This document shows, one piece after another, positions 11,664 through 22,400 of a DNA stretch of 57,747 nt. The notes beneath the pieces were generated by a model, which searched no databases, was not told the DNA's origin, and saw only the letters and a list, made by a program, of their open reading frames with translations. Source of the stretch: a virus (taxonomy: Duplodnaviria; Heunggongvirae; Uroviricota; Caudoviricetes); IMG/VR virus record IMGVR_UViG_3300029887_000004; one strand, 5' to 3'. The stretch's first letter is position 1. Every line of letters starts with the position of its first letter. The position numbers were made by a program, and so were the translations under genes.

Positions 11664-12140
11664 GAAATATTTGCTCCTGTAAAATCTATTTAATTGCGGG
11701 AAGTCCCCATAAGGTTTAATTGGCTACAACGTAACCGGAAACGGTAGGCGTGAATGCGGTAGAGTTATAAACTCACAGTCCATTATTGGATAGAAACCAT
11801 AAAAATAATTAAACTAGGGATAACCGGGTGTGCAAGTCACTCAGACGCAGCGAACTTCCTAAGTCAGAAATGATATGGAAGACGTTCAGAGACTAACCCA
11901 TATTGGGTGGCGCAATGCCTTAATGTAAGACCGCAAGCGATTGGCGGTTTGAAAAATATAGACTATTTGAATATTAAGTGATATTATAAATTTGAGGCGT
12001 TCTGTTTTATGTCTACTGATGAACAGGCAGAACACAGTGCGCATACAGATAAAGAATAGAATGGCATCTAACAACAAAAATTTGAACACATTTATTAAAA
12101 TTTACAGACAATAAAGTGGTATTTTTGTTGATACTGCGAA

Positions 12141-12169
12141 TAGATTTTTCCTTTAGAATTGCATATAAT
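12141..12169 (+). promoter_or_regulatory. Putative intron-internal sigma70 promoter
   Basis: TAGATT-17nt-TATAAT. Confidence 0.5.
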
Positions 12170-12175
12170 AAATAT

Positions 12176-12385
12176 AAGAAAGGGGAACCTTTCTCAATAA
12201 ATCTGGTGTGATGCAGCGAAATGCGACTGCTAGAAATACAACCGTAGAAGCACATACCGGGCTAGGAACTGGTGTGTGTGGAGGTTTACAAAGGTAAGGG
12301 GTTTACCATAGCCTAGCTAGGTGAAAACCGAAAGAAAATCCCACAATGAAGTAAGAGAGTTAGCACCAGTGACTCTCTTATTTTT
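12176..12385 (+). ncRNA. Candidate structured RNA with pseudoknot, ending in an intrinsic terminator
   Basis: Stem 12250-12279 whose loop GCUAGG is complementary to CCUAGC (12312-17); GGU-GAAA-ACC hairpin; terminator UAAGAGAGUUA/UGACUCUCUUA plus U-tract (12352-12385). Confidence 0.6.
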
Positions 12386-12402
12386 ATGCACAAGGAGATA
12401 AA

Positions 12403-13002
12403 ATGGATGCAATATCAACAGCGTTGACATCTTTTAAAGATTTATCTTTATATGAATATAAATTTAGAATTGCGTATAAAAAACAATTATATGATCTTGA
12501 ACTGAATTTTGACAATGAAGATTTTTATCATTGCGCCGGATTGCAGTATTTAAAAGACATAGATATTCCCAAAAACGCTTCAAAGTTGTTTCGTGAAATT
12601 GTAAACGGCAAAATTACAGACGACTATTTGGAGAAAAGTAAGAAGTACCCATTTCCAAAACCAGGAATAGATGTCCAAAAAAGAATTTTGCACCTAGGTG
12701 TTTTAAGAAAATATATAGAAGCAGATAACGCAATTTGGAAATACGTGAAAGAGCAGAATGTCGGAAGTCAGATAAATGCTGATTATATGATAGTTTCTAC
12801 AGTTGATAATGTGGAAGCATACATATTTCTAAGAAAAAGATCGTCTGACCCAAACGATTTAAAATACTGTATCTGCTCATTTTTTGTTAATCCGATCAGA
12901 ACATATAATGGAGCAAAAGCATATTGGTTTTATAAATCAAAAGTCAATTTAGAAACAAATGAAGAACAAATATATTATCAGAAACAACCACAGGAGCAGT
13001 AA
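12403..13002 (+). CDS. PBECR4-like (BECR-fold) putative RNase, intron-encoded
   Basis: LxF...FYHCAGLQY motif and C-terminal SFF strand recalled as typical of PBECR4; AAGGAG SD; no GIY-YIG, HNH or LAGLIDADG motif. Confidence 0.65.
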   Translation: MDAISTALTSFKDLSLYEYKFRIAYKKQLYDLELNFDNEDFYHCAGLQYLKDIDIPKNASKLFREIVNGKITDDYLEKSKKYPFPKPGIDVQKRILHLGVLRKYIEADNAIWKYVKEQNVGSQINADYMIVSTVDNVEAYIFLRKRSSDPNDLKYCICSFFVNPIRTYNGAKAYWFYKSKVNLETNEEQIYYQKQPQEQ

Positions 13003-13020
13003 ACCTACTGCTCTTTTCTT
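12992..13020 (+). terminator. Terminator after the intron ORF
   Basis: GAGCAGT-AAACCT-ACTGCTC followed by TTTTCTT. Confidence 0.6.
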
Positions 13021-13146
13021 ATACCTCAAATCTTAATTACAATCCCTCAAATAAAATTCAAATAGAAGATATAGTCCCATGCCATACGAAAGTATGGAGA
13101 GCAGTTATGCTCTTGTCCACGTAGCGAGTGGATGAAAAGAAAAATG

Positions 13147-14638
13147 AAATAATCTCGATGCTCAATCTCAAGTTAAGAAATTGAAGCAGCAGCTCAAAGA
13201 AGCGCAAGAAGATCTCGATGATACGAAACGTGACCATTCAAACGATATGCAGTCTCAAGGTTACGATAAGCTCAGTGAAGATCTGAAAACTTCTCTTGAC
13301 AACACCGAGTATGAAATCAGTCATAATGCCGACAAACAGCTTGAGATCATCAATTCTATGCTTGACAAAGCCGTGTCCTCTTACCAAGAAGCATACGGTA
13401 AAATCAATTCTATCATCAAAAATACTGGCTGGGTAGGTAGTACGGATTTTAATACTGCTCAGTCTGATCTAAACACAGAGACAGGTGTTAAGAATCAAAA
13501 TTCCAACGCATCACAGTCTCAATCCAGTGCAAATAAAAATCCATCCAGTACCGCATCTGGTACAAAAACTGATCCAATCAACAGTAATTCAAAAGCAAAC
13601 AGTGATCTTGCGGATCAATTAGTCAAACCGGAAGATACAACGAATCGTAAGGTTGCGGAACTAAAGGTGTCTCCTACTTCTACGACACTGGAAGAGGGTA
13701 AATCCACAAGTATTACTGCTACAATCAGACCGAACGATGCAGCTAATAAGACTCTTGCTTGGAAATCAAGTAATGAATCAATTGCTACTGTATCCAATGG
13801 TACGGTAAAAGCAAAGAAACCTGGCTCTTGTACGATTACTGCTACCACTACCGATGGAAGTGGACTGTCTGCAAAGGTATCAATTAAGGTCAATGCAAAA
13901 CCAAAACCACCAAAGCCACAGCCGAAACCACAACCAGCAAAAACTGGTGGAGATGGAATTCCTCGTGTTGGCGATGTCGTAACGTTTACAGGATCTTACT
14001 ACAATGACTCTTGGGGTATGTCTCCAAAAGGTAGTAGATTTTCCGGTCAGCCTGGTGCTGTTGTTATTGATTCTTATACAGCTAGGGAATATGGTGGAAA
14101 TGGACGTACTACTGGTGATTTTAAGATCCATATCAAAAGTGCGCATGATCCTAATTATAGTGATCTTGGATGGGTACGTCTCAGTCAGATTAGTGGTTAT
14201 GAAAAGGGTACGGATCGTATTCATGGCGATCAACTTGTATGGACAAACGAAAATAAAGACACCAAACATCATGGCGTTTCAGAATTAATCTATCGCAAGA
14301 AAGATGGTGCTGTCCTTACACCTGTTCAAGATGGAGATTCTATTCTACCAGCCGATTTCGTTAGTAATTTAGCTGCATTAAGTGCAATTGATCCACGGGA
14401 ATTCGGTATGAATGTAAGTATTACGCCAAATCTGGTGCAGACGAATATTCCTCAGAACATCAGCAATGTCGGAAATGTAACGGTAACAAATCATTATGAT
14501 TCATTACTCACAGTTGAAGGTAATGTTGACAGGGATGCTCTGCCTGGATTGCAGAAAATACTGGAAAAATCATATACGTATACAACGAAAAAATTGGCTG
14601 ACGAATACGGAAGACTTGGACACAAGATAATTATGTAA
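13147..14638 (+). CDS. Tape measure protein, 3' exon (contains a Big_2 Ig-like domain)
   Basis: In frame with the upstream exon after splicing; PNDAANKTLAWKSSNESIATVSNGTVKAKKPG Ig-like motif; ends in a TMP-type C-terminus. Confidence 0.85.
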
Positions 14639-14645
14639 TTTTTAT

Positions 14646-14680
14646 GGGAGAGTACTGTCAAAGGTACTCTCCTATTTCTA
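14646..14680 (+). terminator. Terminator-like hairpin after the TMP gene
   Basis: GGAGAGTAC-N8-GTACTCTCC followed by TATTT. Confidence 0.55.
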
Positions 14681-14713
14681 TAACTATAACAAATTTTTTG
14701 GAGGTGATGCAAA

Positions 14714-15802
14714 ATGGCAAAAGAATTTAAAAATTTTACGTTCATGGGACAACGATTAAGTGATTTAAGTGTGAAATATGTATCCGTGGATTTTGAAGGT
14801 GGATCAGATGTAAATATGGCAATGGAGAGGGATATGGAGACAGGTGATTCTAATCGTTATAAGGTAGAACCAAATTATTTTTATGACAAATGGAATGACA
14901 CTTTAGAATTTGAGTTAGATATTATCAAAGACCCATGCACATATTTAAACCAAAGTGATTCTATTATCACAAAGTCTGAGCGTCGAGAAATTACCAAATG
15001 GCTCACTTCTTCTCATTTTCCAGAATGGCTGACATTTTCTGGAACTGATGATTCTGCGGATGATACAATTCGTTATTTTGGATGGTTTAATAATATTGAA
15101 TCGTATTCTGTAAATTCTCAAACCTTTGGATTAAAATTATATTTTAAATGCACAACCCCGTTTGGTTATACTGACGATATTACAACAAACGTATCATGTT
15201 CAACATATAAAAATATTCTAATCGCAAATAATAGTGATGAATTAAATAGTTATGTATATCCAACGATTGATATTTTTCCAAAAGCAAATGGGGATATTGT
15301 AATTTGTAATATGTCTGATTGTACGATTCGCGAAACAGGAACACTATCTTCCTCTAATACAAATTATATGGGACAATTAATTTCTTATGTTGAATTATAT
15401 GCAAAATCAAATGCATGTACTGCACAATTTGACATTTCAGAAGAAACCAAAGATATTAATTGGAGATGCGATAATACATTGACTCAATTTAAATTAATTG
15501 ATGCATATGGAAATGAAACAGCATGTACGGTTTTTTATAGAACAGATTCAAAAGTATATTATATCATCGAAAATGGCATTATGGTTTTGTCTGTTTCAAA
15601 AGATTTAAATATATCTATGGATTGCCAGAAGTTAACAATTAATGATGAGCTTGGACGGATGGTAAGATATGATAAATTAGGCATCAATGATGTCGCTCAT
15701 ATGTATTGGATACAATTAGTTCATGGGAATAATTCCTTTTTATTCTATGGTAATTGTGATTTTCGCATAAAACATATTGAGGCACGAAAGGTTGGTGAAT
15801 AA
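14714..15802 (+). CDS. Distal tail (Dit)-like protein
   Basis: Directly after TMP; N-terminal FTFMG, KWLT, FKCTTPFGY and YPTI motifs; GGAGG SD. Confidence 0.7.
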   Translation: MAKEFKNFTFMGQRLSDLSVKYVSVDFEGGSDVNMAMERDMETGDSNRYKVEPNYFYDKWNDTLEFELDIIKDPCTYLNQSDSIITKSERREITKWLTSSHFPEWLTFSGTDDSADDTIRYFGWFNNIESYSVNSQTFGLKLYFKCTTPFGYTDDITTNVSCSTYKNILIANNSDELNSYVYPTIDIFPKANGDIVICNMSDCTIRETGTLSSSNTNYMGQLISYVELYAKSNACTAQFDISEETKDINWRCDNTLTQFKLIDAYGNETACTVFYRTDSKVYYIIENGIMVLSVSKDLNISMDCQKLTINDELGRMVRYDKLGINDVAHMYWIQLVHGNNSFLFYGNCDFRIKHIEARKVGE

Positions 15803-15804
15803 TT

Positions 15805-18800
15805 TTGAACATTGTTTATGATCGTTATAACCAACCAATACAAAGCCATGTGTATTTAGGTACACCAAACAATAAGATTCTATGTGCTATCAACGGAATC
15901 GAAGAAAGTACATTTCAGCTTACTCCCAAATTCATTAATACATATGAACTAACATTTGATATTAATGAAAATATTTTAATCGAAGATGAACATGGTTTAT
16001 CGAAATTAGTACATTCCAACGTATATGATTTAGTTGCTTGGCTTATGCGAGTATACGTCGATAATGTTGGATGGTTTATCATGGATGCACCTAAAATATC
16101 ACATGATGGAATTAAAGAGACTAAAACTATTACCTGCCACTCAGCAGAGATAGAAATGGAGCAACATGATTTAAAAAATTTTAAAATTAATCAAGGGACA
16201 ACAGATTCGTATGAAATGCTTGCGGATAACAATGTCGAGAAAATAGGTGACGTAGAATTCGCGAAAGAGCAAATCAAGTTTTATAATCCGAATAATCCAC
16301 AATTAAGTCTGTTAGATCTTGTTCTTAAAGCTGGTGGTGTCTATGGTTGGTCAATAGGGGAAATAGATACTATTCCAAAAATATATCGTACATATAAAGA
16401 TGGTAAATATGTTGAGACTTCTACTCTATTATCTGATGAAATAGGCTCATTTGATATTGAGAGTCAGGACGTTTATTCTTTTTTCACACAGGATATGGCA
16501 CAGTATTTTCAATGTGTTTTTGTTTTTGATTTTTTACACATGAAAATTAATGCTTATCATCCTGAAAATTATGGGAAAAATACAAATGTAAATATTAACT
16601 TTAAAAACTTGCAGCAATCCCAAGATATATCTGTTGACGATGGCAAGATGTTTACACGTTATTATGTACAAGGATCAGATGATCTTGGTATTACTTATGT
16701 AAATTTTGGCTCGAATTATATTGAAAATATTGATTATTATTTAAACGAAAAGTACTTCTCTTCTGCTTTTATTCAAAAATATAATCTTTGGAAACAGGAT
16801 ATGGAAAACTGTAGGATTGATTATATTGAAGCGACCAGAAAGTATAATCAACAGATGAAAGTTATCACAGAATTGTATGATCGTGTTCCTTTGGATGATT
16901 GCTCTACAGATTGGAGTACATTTACAGATGATGAATTAAAAGAAGCACAAGCAAATTACCAGGCCCAACTCAAGGGTTATGAGCAATTCTATGTAGATAG
17001 TGATGGTAACTTTGATGAGGATGCTTTGAAAAAGTCTTCGGATGCTAATGATTATTACCAAATTCGAGATGTAATTCTTCCATCTATTCAAATCGAAATG
17101 GATAATCGTCAATTACCTACGGACGATGACAATGCAGATTACGTAGACTCTTATAAAACCGATTGGAAGTTATACGGATTAGACGAATTAAAAGTAAAGC
17201 TGCAAGAGTATAAAAACACAATTGAAACCTGTAAAAAGGGCGGTTACGATAAACCATATTCTGAAGATTCTTCTCACACTAAAGACATTCATGATAAGAT
17301 GTATGCAAAATATCTGGACGCTCAAAATCAATTAGATTCTAATTATGTAGATGGATGTCAGGAAGCATATGACAAGAGACAATCTGAAATTGATGCAGCC
17401 AATGATGTTTTAAATGGATATAATAAAACAAGAGTTCAATTAACTCAACAAGTAAAAAAAGAAACTTGGGTTCATAAAAAAAATGTTTCTATTACTGATG
17501 AAAATGCAAATTATATCACTGATGAATCCAATCGGAATATCTCATCGCTATCTGATACAATTTCATTTTCGGCAAAAGATTTATTAGAACTATCTAAGGT
17601 TTATTATGATGGAACATATTCGAATGATAATATGTTTCTCACAGATTCTGATGATCAAGTTTCTGCAATTGATGAGCAATTAAAATTACTGGACGCTGCA
17701 TCTGAGGATTTATACATATCTTCTCACCCACAATATCAATATACAACATCATTAGATAACTTTTTAGCGAAAAGTGAATATAAAGATTATACAAAAAACA
17801 TCAACCGTGGGGATTATTTGTATTTAACGATTGGAAATAATAATGTTGTAAAACTGCGTTTAATTGAAATGACATACAATCCATTAACAATGGACAACAA
17901 TATCGAATTAACATTTTCCAATATGACTCGAACAAAAAATGGATTTTCTGATATTTCTTATCTTCTGGATAATTCGTCTGGTGGTAGTAAATCTTCCGCA
18001 TCTGGTTCGTCTAATAATTTCTTAAACAATGAAGGCATCACTCTTACATCTGGGCTAATCCAAAAGCTTTTATCCTCTGGCGCATTTAGTAATAAAGTTT
18101 CATCCATTATTAATAATGAATTTGCTGGTATGCTTGGTAGCGGTTCTATATCATTACAAGAATTAAATGCTAAGTTGATTAAAGTTACTGATCTATATGG
18201 CGAGAATGGGTATTTCGAATATCTACAGTCAAAATTAATTTCTGCTGATAAAATTGTTGCAGGTAGTGGTAATTTTAAGGATTTATCTGCAATTGTTGCT
18301 GCAATTGATAGTTTATTGGCTGGCAATATATCCGCAGAACTTGGACACCTTATTCATCTTACGGCTAGTAATGTTGTTGTTGACGATGCAGTTATTCGTG
18401 ATTTGATTGCGGCAAATATTACTGTAGCAATGCTAAAGGCAAGTACTATTTCTGCCGATAAATTTAATATTGCTTCCGACGATGGTGGACTTACTATCGT
18501 TGGTAACACAATGCAATTTAAAGACAAAAATAATAATGTACGTATTCAAATTGGTCGCGATGCAAAGGATAACTTTACGTTTACTTTATATGACGAGACT
18601 GGAAAAGGTATATTGATTGATTCAAAAGGAATTAAAGAATCTGCTATTGCTAATGGATTAATCAAAAATGATATGGTTGCAGATGGTACTCTTTCTAAGG
18701 ATAAATTAAATTTTAATATTGTTGAAGCAGATAAAAATGGAAATGTTGATGCGGCAAAGGTCATTGTTAATGGACATGGTATCGATGCTGAGTTCACTTC

Positions 18801-19422
18801 TATTAAACAACAATTTACGGATCAGATTCAAAAAGTCGAGGATAAAATTGGAACCATTGATTTATATGGCGAACAGATTTTCAGAAAAATTGATGGCGTA
18901 ATATCGCCGAATAGTATTACTATAACTGCAAAATGTACCAGTGATATTCAAATTGGCAAATGGTATATAGATAATGTAGAAAATACGATATATGTAGCAT
19001 CTGATAAAATTTCAATTACAATTCCATCTTCTTATATCGAAACACTTTCATCAAACAAAAAATCAATCGTTGTCAAAGTTGAGGATTCTACAAAAAAATT
19101 ATACGATATGTTAACTATACATATTTTGGATAGTTTAAATGGAGCTGATGGTCAATCGTCTATTTCTGTCATTGTAACAAGTGATAAAGGGGTTGTTTTT
19201 GATGATACTACCGCAATTACAAGTACGAAATGCACATGTCAGGTATATAAAGGAATTACGCCGATTGAGCCAAAATCATATCAATGGCAAATAATCAATA
19301 ACGATTCAAACGATTGGCAAAATATAGGAACGAATAAAACATTAACGATTGACATTAATAAAGCCATCATCAGAAAGAGGATTCGTTGTCTAGTTGATAT
19401 CGAAGACACTACTAACGGATGA
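15805..19422 (+). CDS. Tail hub / Tal-like minor tail protein
   Basis: Follows Dit; 1205 aa; C-terminal beta-rich spike region (VRIQIGRD). Confidence 0.65.
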   Translation: MNIVYDRYNQPIQSHVYLGTPNNKILCAINGIEESTFQLTPKFINTYELTFDINENILIEDEHGLSKLVHSNVYDLVAWLMRVYVDNVGWFIMDAPKISHDGIKETKTITCHSAEIEMEQHDLKNFKINQGTTDSYEMLADNNVEKIGDVEFAKEQIKFYNPNNPQLSLLDLVLKAGGVYGWSIGEIDTIPKIYRTYKDGKYVETSTLLSDEIGSFDIESQDVYSFFTQDMAQYFQCVFVFDFLHMKINAYHPENYGKNTNVNINFKNLQQSQDISVDDGKMFTRYYVQGSDDLGITYVNFGSNYIENIDYYLNEKYFSSAFIQKYNLWKQDMENCRIDYIEATRKYNQQMKVITELYDRVPLDDCSTDWSTFTDDELKEAQANYQAQLKGYEQFYVDSDGNFDEDALKKSSDANDYYQIRDVILPSIQIEMDNRQLPTDDDNADYVDSYKTDWKLYGLDELKVKLQEYKNTIETCKKGGYDKPYSEDSSHTKDIHDKMYAKYLDAQNQLDSNYVDGCQEAYDKRQSEIDAANDVLNGYNKTRVQLTQQVKKETWVHKKNVSITDENANYITDESNRNISSLSDTISFSAKDLLELSKVYYDGTYSNDNMFLTDSDDQVSAIDEQLKLLDAASEDLYISSHPQYQYTTSLDNFLAKSEYKDYTKNINRGDYLYLTIGNNNVVKLRLIEMTYNPLTMDNNIELTFSNMTRTKNGFSDISYLLDNSSGGSKSSASGSSNNFLNNEGITLTSGLIQKLLSSGAFSNKVSSIINNEFAGMLGSGSISLQELNAKLIKVTDLYGENGYFEYLQSKLISADKIVAGSGNFKDLSAIVAAIDSLLAGNISAELGHLIHLTASNVVVDDAVIRDLIAANITVAMLKASTISADKFNIASDDGGLTIVGNTMQFKDKNNNVRIQIGRDAKDNFTFTLYDETGKGILIDSKGIKESAIANGLIKNDMVADGTLSKDKLNFNIVEADKNGNVDAAKVIVNGHGIDAEFTSIKQQFTDQIQKVEDKIGTIDLYGEQIFRKIDGVISPNSITITAKCTSDIQIGKWYIDNVENTIYVASDKISITIPSSYIETLSSNKKSIVVKVEDSTKKLYDMLTIHILDSLNGADGQSSISVIVTSDKGVVFDDTTAITSTKCTCQVYKGITPIEPKSYQWQIINNDSNDWQNIGTNKTLTIDINKAIIRKRIRCLVDIEDTTNG

Positions 19423-19455
19423 AAATAACAAAAATAAGTAAAAAGGGGGCGTATT

Positions 19456-22400
19456 ATGCTGCTTTCAAGTAATGAATTAGACATGTTGATTTTACAGCAT
19501 GGAAAAGATGGAACGTCTGCTAATTCTAAATATATGTGGGTAAAGTATGCTCAAGATAAAACAGGAACTGGATTAACAGACGATCCTACTAATGCTATTT
19601 ATATAGGTATTGCATACAACAAAACAGAAGAACACGAGTCGGAAAATCCAAATGATTATACTTGGACAAAAATAAAAGGTAATGACGGAGAAGCTGCGTA
19701 TACTGTCATTCTTCAAAATGAGAATATCACATTTTCTGTCTCTCACGAAAACAATATTGCTTTAACAGACCAATCCTTTAACACATCTGTTCTTGTGTTT
19801 AAAGGAGTAGAACCAGTCACTAATTTTACAATAGGAACGGTAGATAGTAAGAATGGTATTTCTGTAGTTAAGAAAAATAATACGATTACTTTTTCTGTAA
19901 CAGCAGGAAATAAGATAACATCAAACTATGGAAGCTTCTCTATTCCAATTCTGGTTGATGGATTAACATTTATCAAAGAGATTACTTGGTCACTTGCAAA
20001 GGCAGGTGCAACAGGTGAACAAGGAAATCCTGGCGAATCTGCTATAAATGTATCCATAGGGAATGAATCTCAAAATATTCCATGCACTTATGATGGATAT
20101 GTTCTTGATGATATGCTAATCGAGATATCTTTTATAGGTTATTATGGATTATCAAAAACAGATTGTAATGTAACTGTTGGTACGCTCCCATCTGGCATGA
20201 CATTAGGTTCTATTCAAAATTGTACAACCGTTGATAATGGAAAAATTATTCTTAATATTGCAAAGAATGCAACATTGGGAACAGCATCTACTTTAACAGG
20301 CAATGTCGTTCTAACCTTTACTATTAACGGGAAAACGTTAACCAAAAACTTTACCTGGACAAAATCAAAAGATGGTGGATTGTCTTATATTTATACAATA
20401 GAACCATCAACCTATGTCATAAATAAAACATATGATGATGCCTTATCTCCTGCTTCTATTACTTTTAGTGCATTTTATCAAAAAAATGGTGATAACAGAA
20501 AATCGTACAATGGTCTTTTTACTATAGAAGAGTCATTGATGGGTAGTGATTTCAAATCAACTTATCTCTCTTCTAAAAACGAATCGTCTATCATATATAC
20601 ACCAACATCCAATAAAATCAAAAGCATTAGGTGTACTTTATGTCAAGCAGATAAAATATCTACTGTGTTAGATAGACAAACAATTGTTGTATTATCTGAT
20701 GAAAAAATAAAAGATGCTTTAACATCTGTAACCACGAAGATAGATGGTGTGTCCAGTAAAGTCGATGGGATAGATAAAAAGATCACTGATAAAGTATGGC
20801 AAACTGATATTACCACTGCAGTAAATAATTATGATGGCACAACTATAAAATCAATCCGTGATCAAGTAAGTTCACAGGAAACTAAAATTGGTGAGATTAC
20901 ATCTGAGGTATCTGATGTCCAGACAACAATTCAAAACAATCAGGTAAGTGTACAAAAAGACATTGCTTCTATTAAGCAAGATATGACTGGTTTTAAACAA
21001 ACTGTTGAATCAACTTACGAAACGAAAGATAATGCTTCTAGTAAATATTCTAGTTTCGATCAAAGAGCAGGAAAAATCGAAACCAGCGTTAAAGATCTAC
21101 AAAGTAATATCACAACGTTAACACAAACAGATACGGAAATTAAAGCAGATTTAAAAAATGCACAAGGAGACATTACTACTTTACAGTCTACCGCATCTGG
21201 TCTTTCTACAAAAATAACAGATACACAAGGTGATGTGAATAATTTAAAAGCTGATGCATCGAGTATGAAATCAGACATTTCGGATGCAAAAGGGAATATT
21301 TCTGAATTACAAAGGACGTCAACAAACCTTCAGTCGCAAATAACAAATAATCAAACTAATATTAATATTCTTAGCGGCGATCCAATGAATTACTCACAAT
21401 TAAAAGAAGACACCGCCGATTATTTTGGTTTTACATATGACAATACGGCAGATGGTAAATGGTATACAGTAAAAATTTTATCAAGGGATAAATTTATTTC
21501 TGAATATTATGAATGTATGGGTGGAGAATCATTTAATATAGAGTTTGAAATCTCTACTTCTGTAAAAGGCAACTCAACGGATGGAGGAACAGATAGTACT
21601 TATAAAGGTACTGCGATCGGCCTATATGGATTTAATGCTCAAAAACAAAGCGTTGGTATTTATTATAGTACAAGAACAACTGCTACTGCCGCAGCAACAG
21701 CTACAAAAATTAGTTCTGTAGTTAGCGTTCCACCAAATTCAAGATATTTTCGAGTATTCCTTCAAACTGAAAGTTGGGGAAATTTTTCAGGAACACTAAA
21801 AATTCGCAATGTGATTGTATCTCGTATTAAGGCGATGGAAACAAGAATATCTTCTGCTGAAACAGCAATTCAGCAAAATACGAATGATATTTCTTTACGT
21901 GCTACCAATGTCCAATTAGAGCAAGCAAAAAAAGACATCAATGGTAAATTTGCTGACTATTCTACAACATCAGAAATGAATAGTGCTATTAAGGTAAAGG
22001 CAGATAGTATCACGCAAGAAGTATCTAAAACATACACAAAACAAACTGATTTTAATTCTTTATATATTGGTGGAAGGAATCTTGCATTAACCACTTCTAA
22101 TGCATATTCATCTGGATATTCTAATTTTAGTGGTATACAAAATACATGTGTTTTCACAGCAAATGTTTTGACAGATGGATTAAATGTTGGTGACACAATA
22201 ACAGTTCGTATATTATATAAGTATACTAATATTGTTCCAACAGCTGGGCAAACCGCGTTGGTATGGCTGCAAGGACAAGGTAATGTTACTGGATGGTATT
22301 CTGGAGCATTTCCTGGAAGTTCGTCAATTGCAATTTCTGGATCTGGAGAATACGAATTCTTATATACTGCCACGATCAACAGTGACCACCTAAAGAACTC

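Larger units (their letters stand above)
11664..13146 (+). ncRNA. Group I self-splicing intron (IA-like, with P7.1/P7.2) carrying a ~1.1-kb insertion in P8
   Basis: P1 AGGGGU/GCUCCU with U.G at the 5' splice site; P element AAUUGCGGGAA (11692); Q-like ACGCAGC; R GUUCAGAGACUA (11884); S AAGAUAUAGUCC (13066); P8 CUAUUUGAAU/AUUCAAAUAG; P9 CCAUAC-GAAA-GUAUGG; terminal G 13146; P10 UAUUU/AAAUA; splicing restores the frame (LEG-V-NNLDAQSQVKKLK). Confidence 0.92.

Noticed and set aside
12403..13002. Intron ORF as a homing endonuclease or maturase
   Set aside because: No GIY-YIG, HNH, LAGLIDADG or reverse-transcriptase motifs were seen.
13181..14638. Independent 485-aa gene starting at TTG 13181
   Set aside because: No SD; the frame extends back to the intron 3' splice site and joins the upstream exon.
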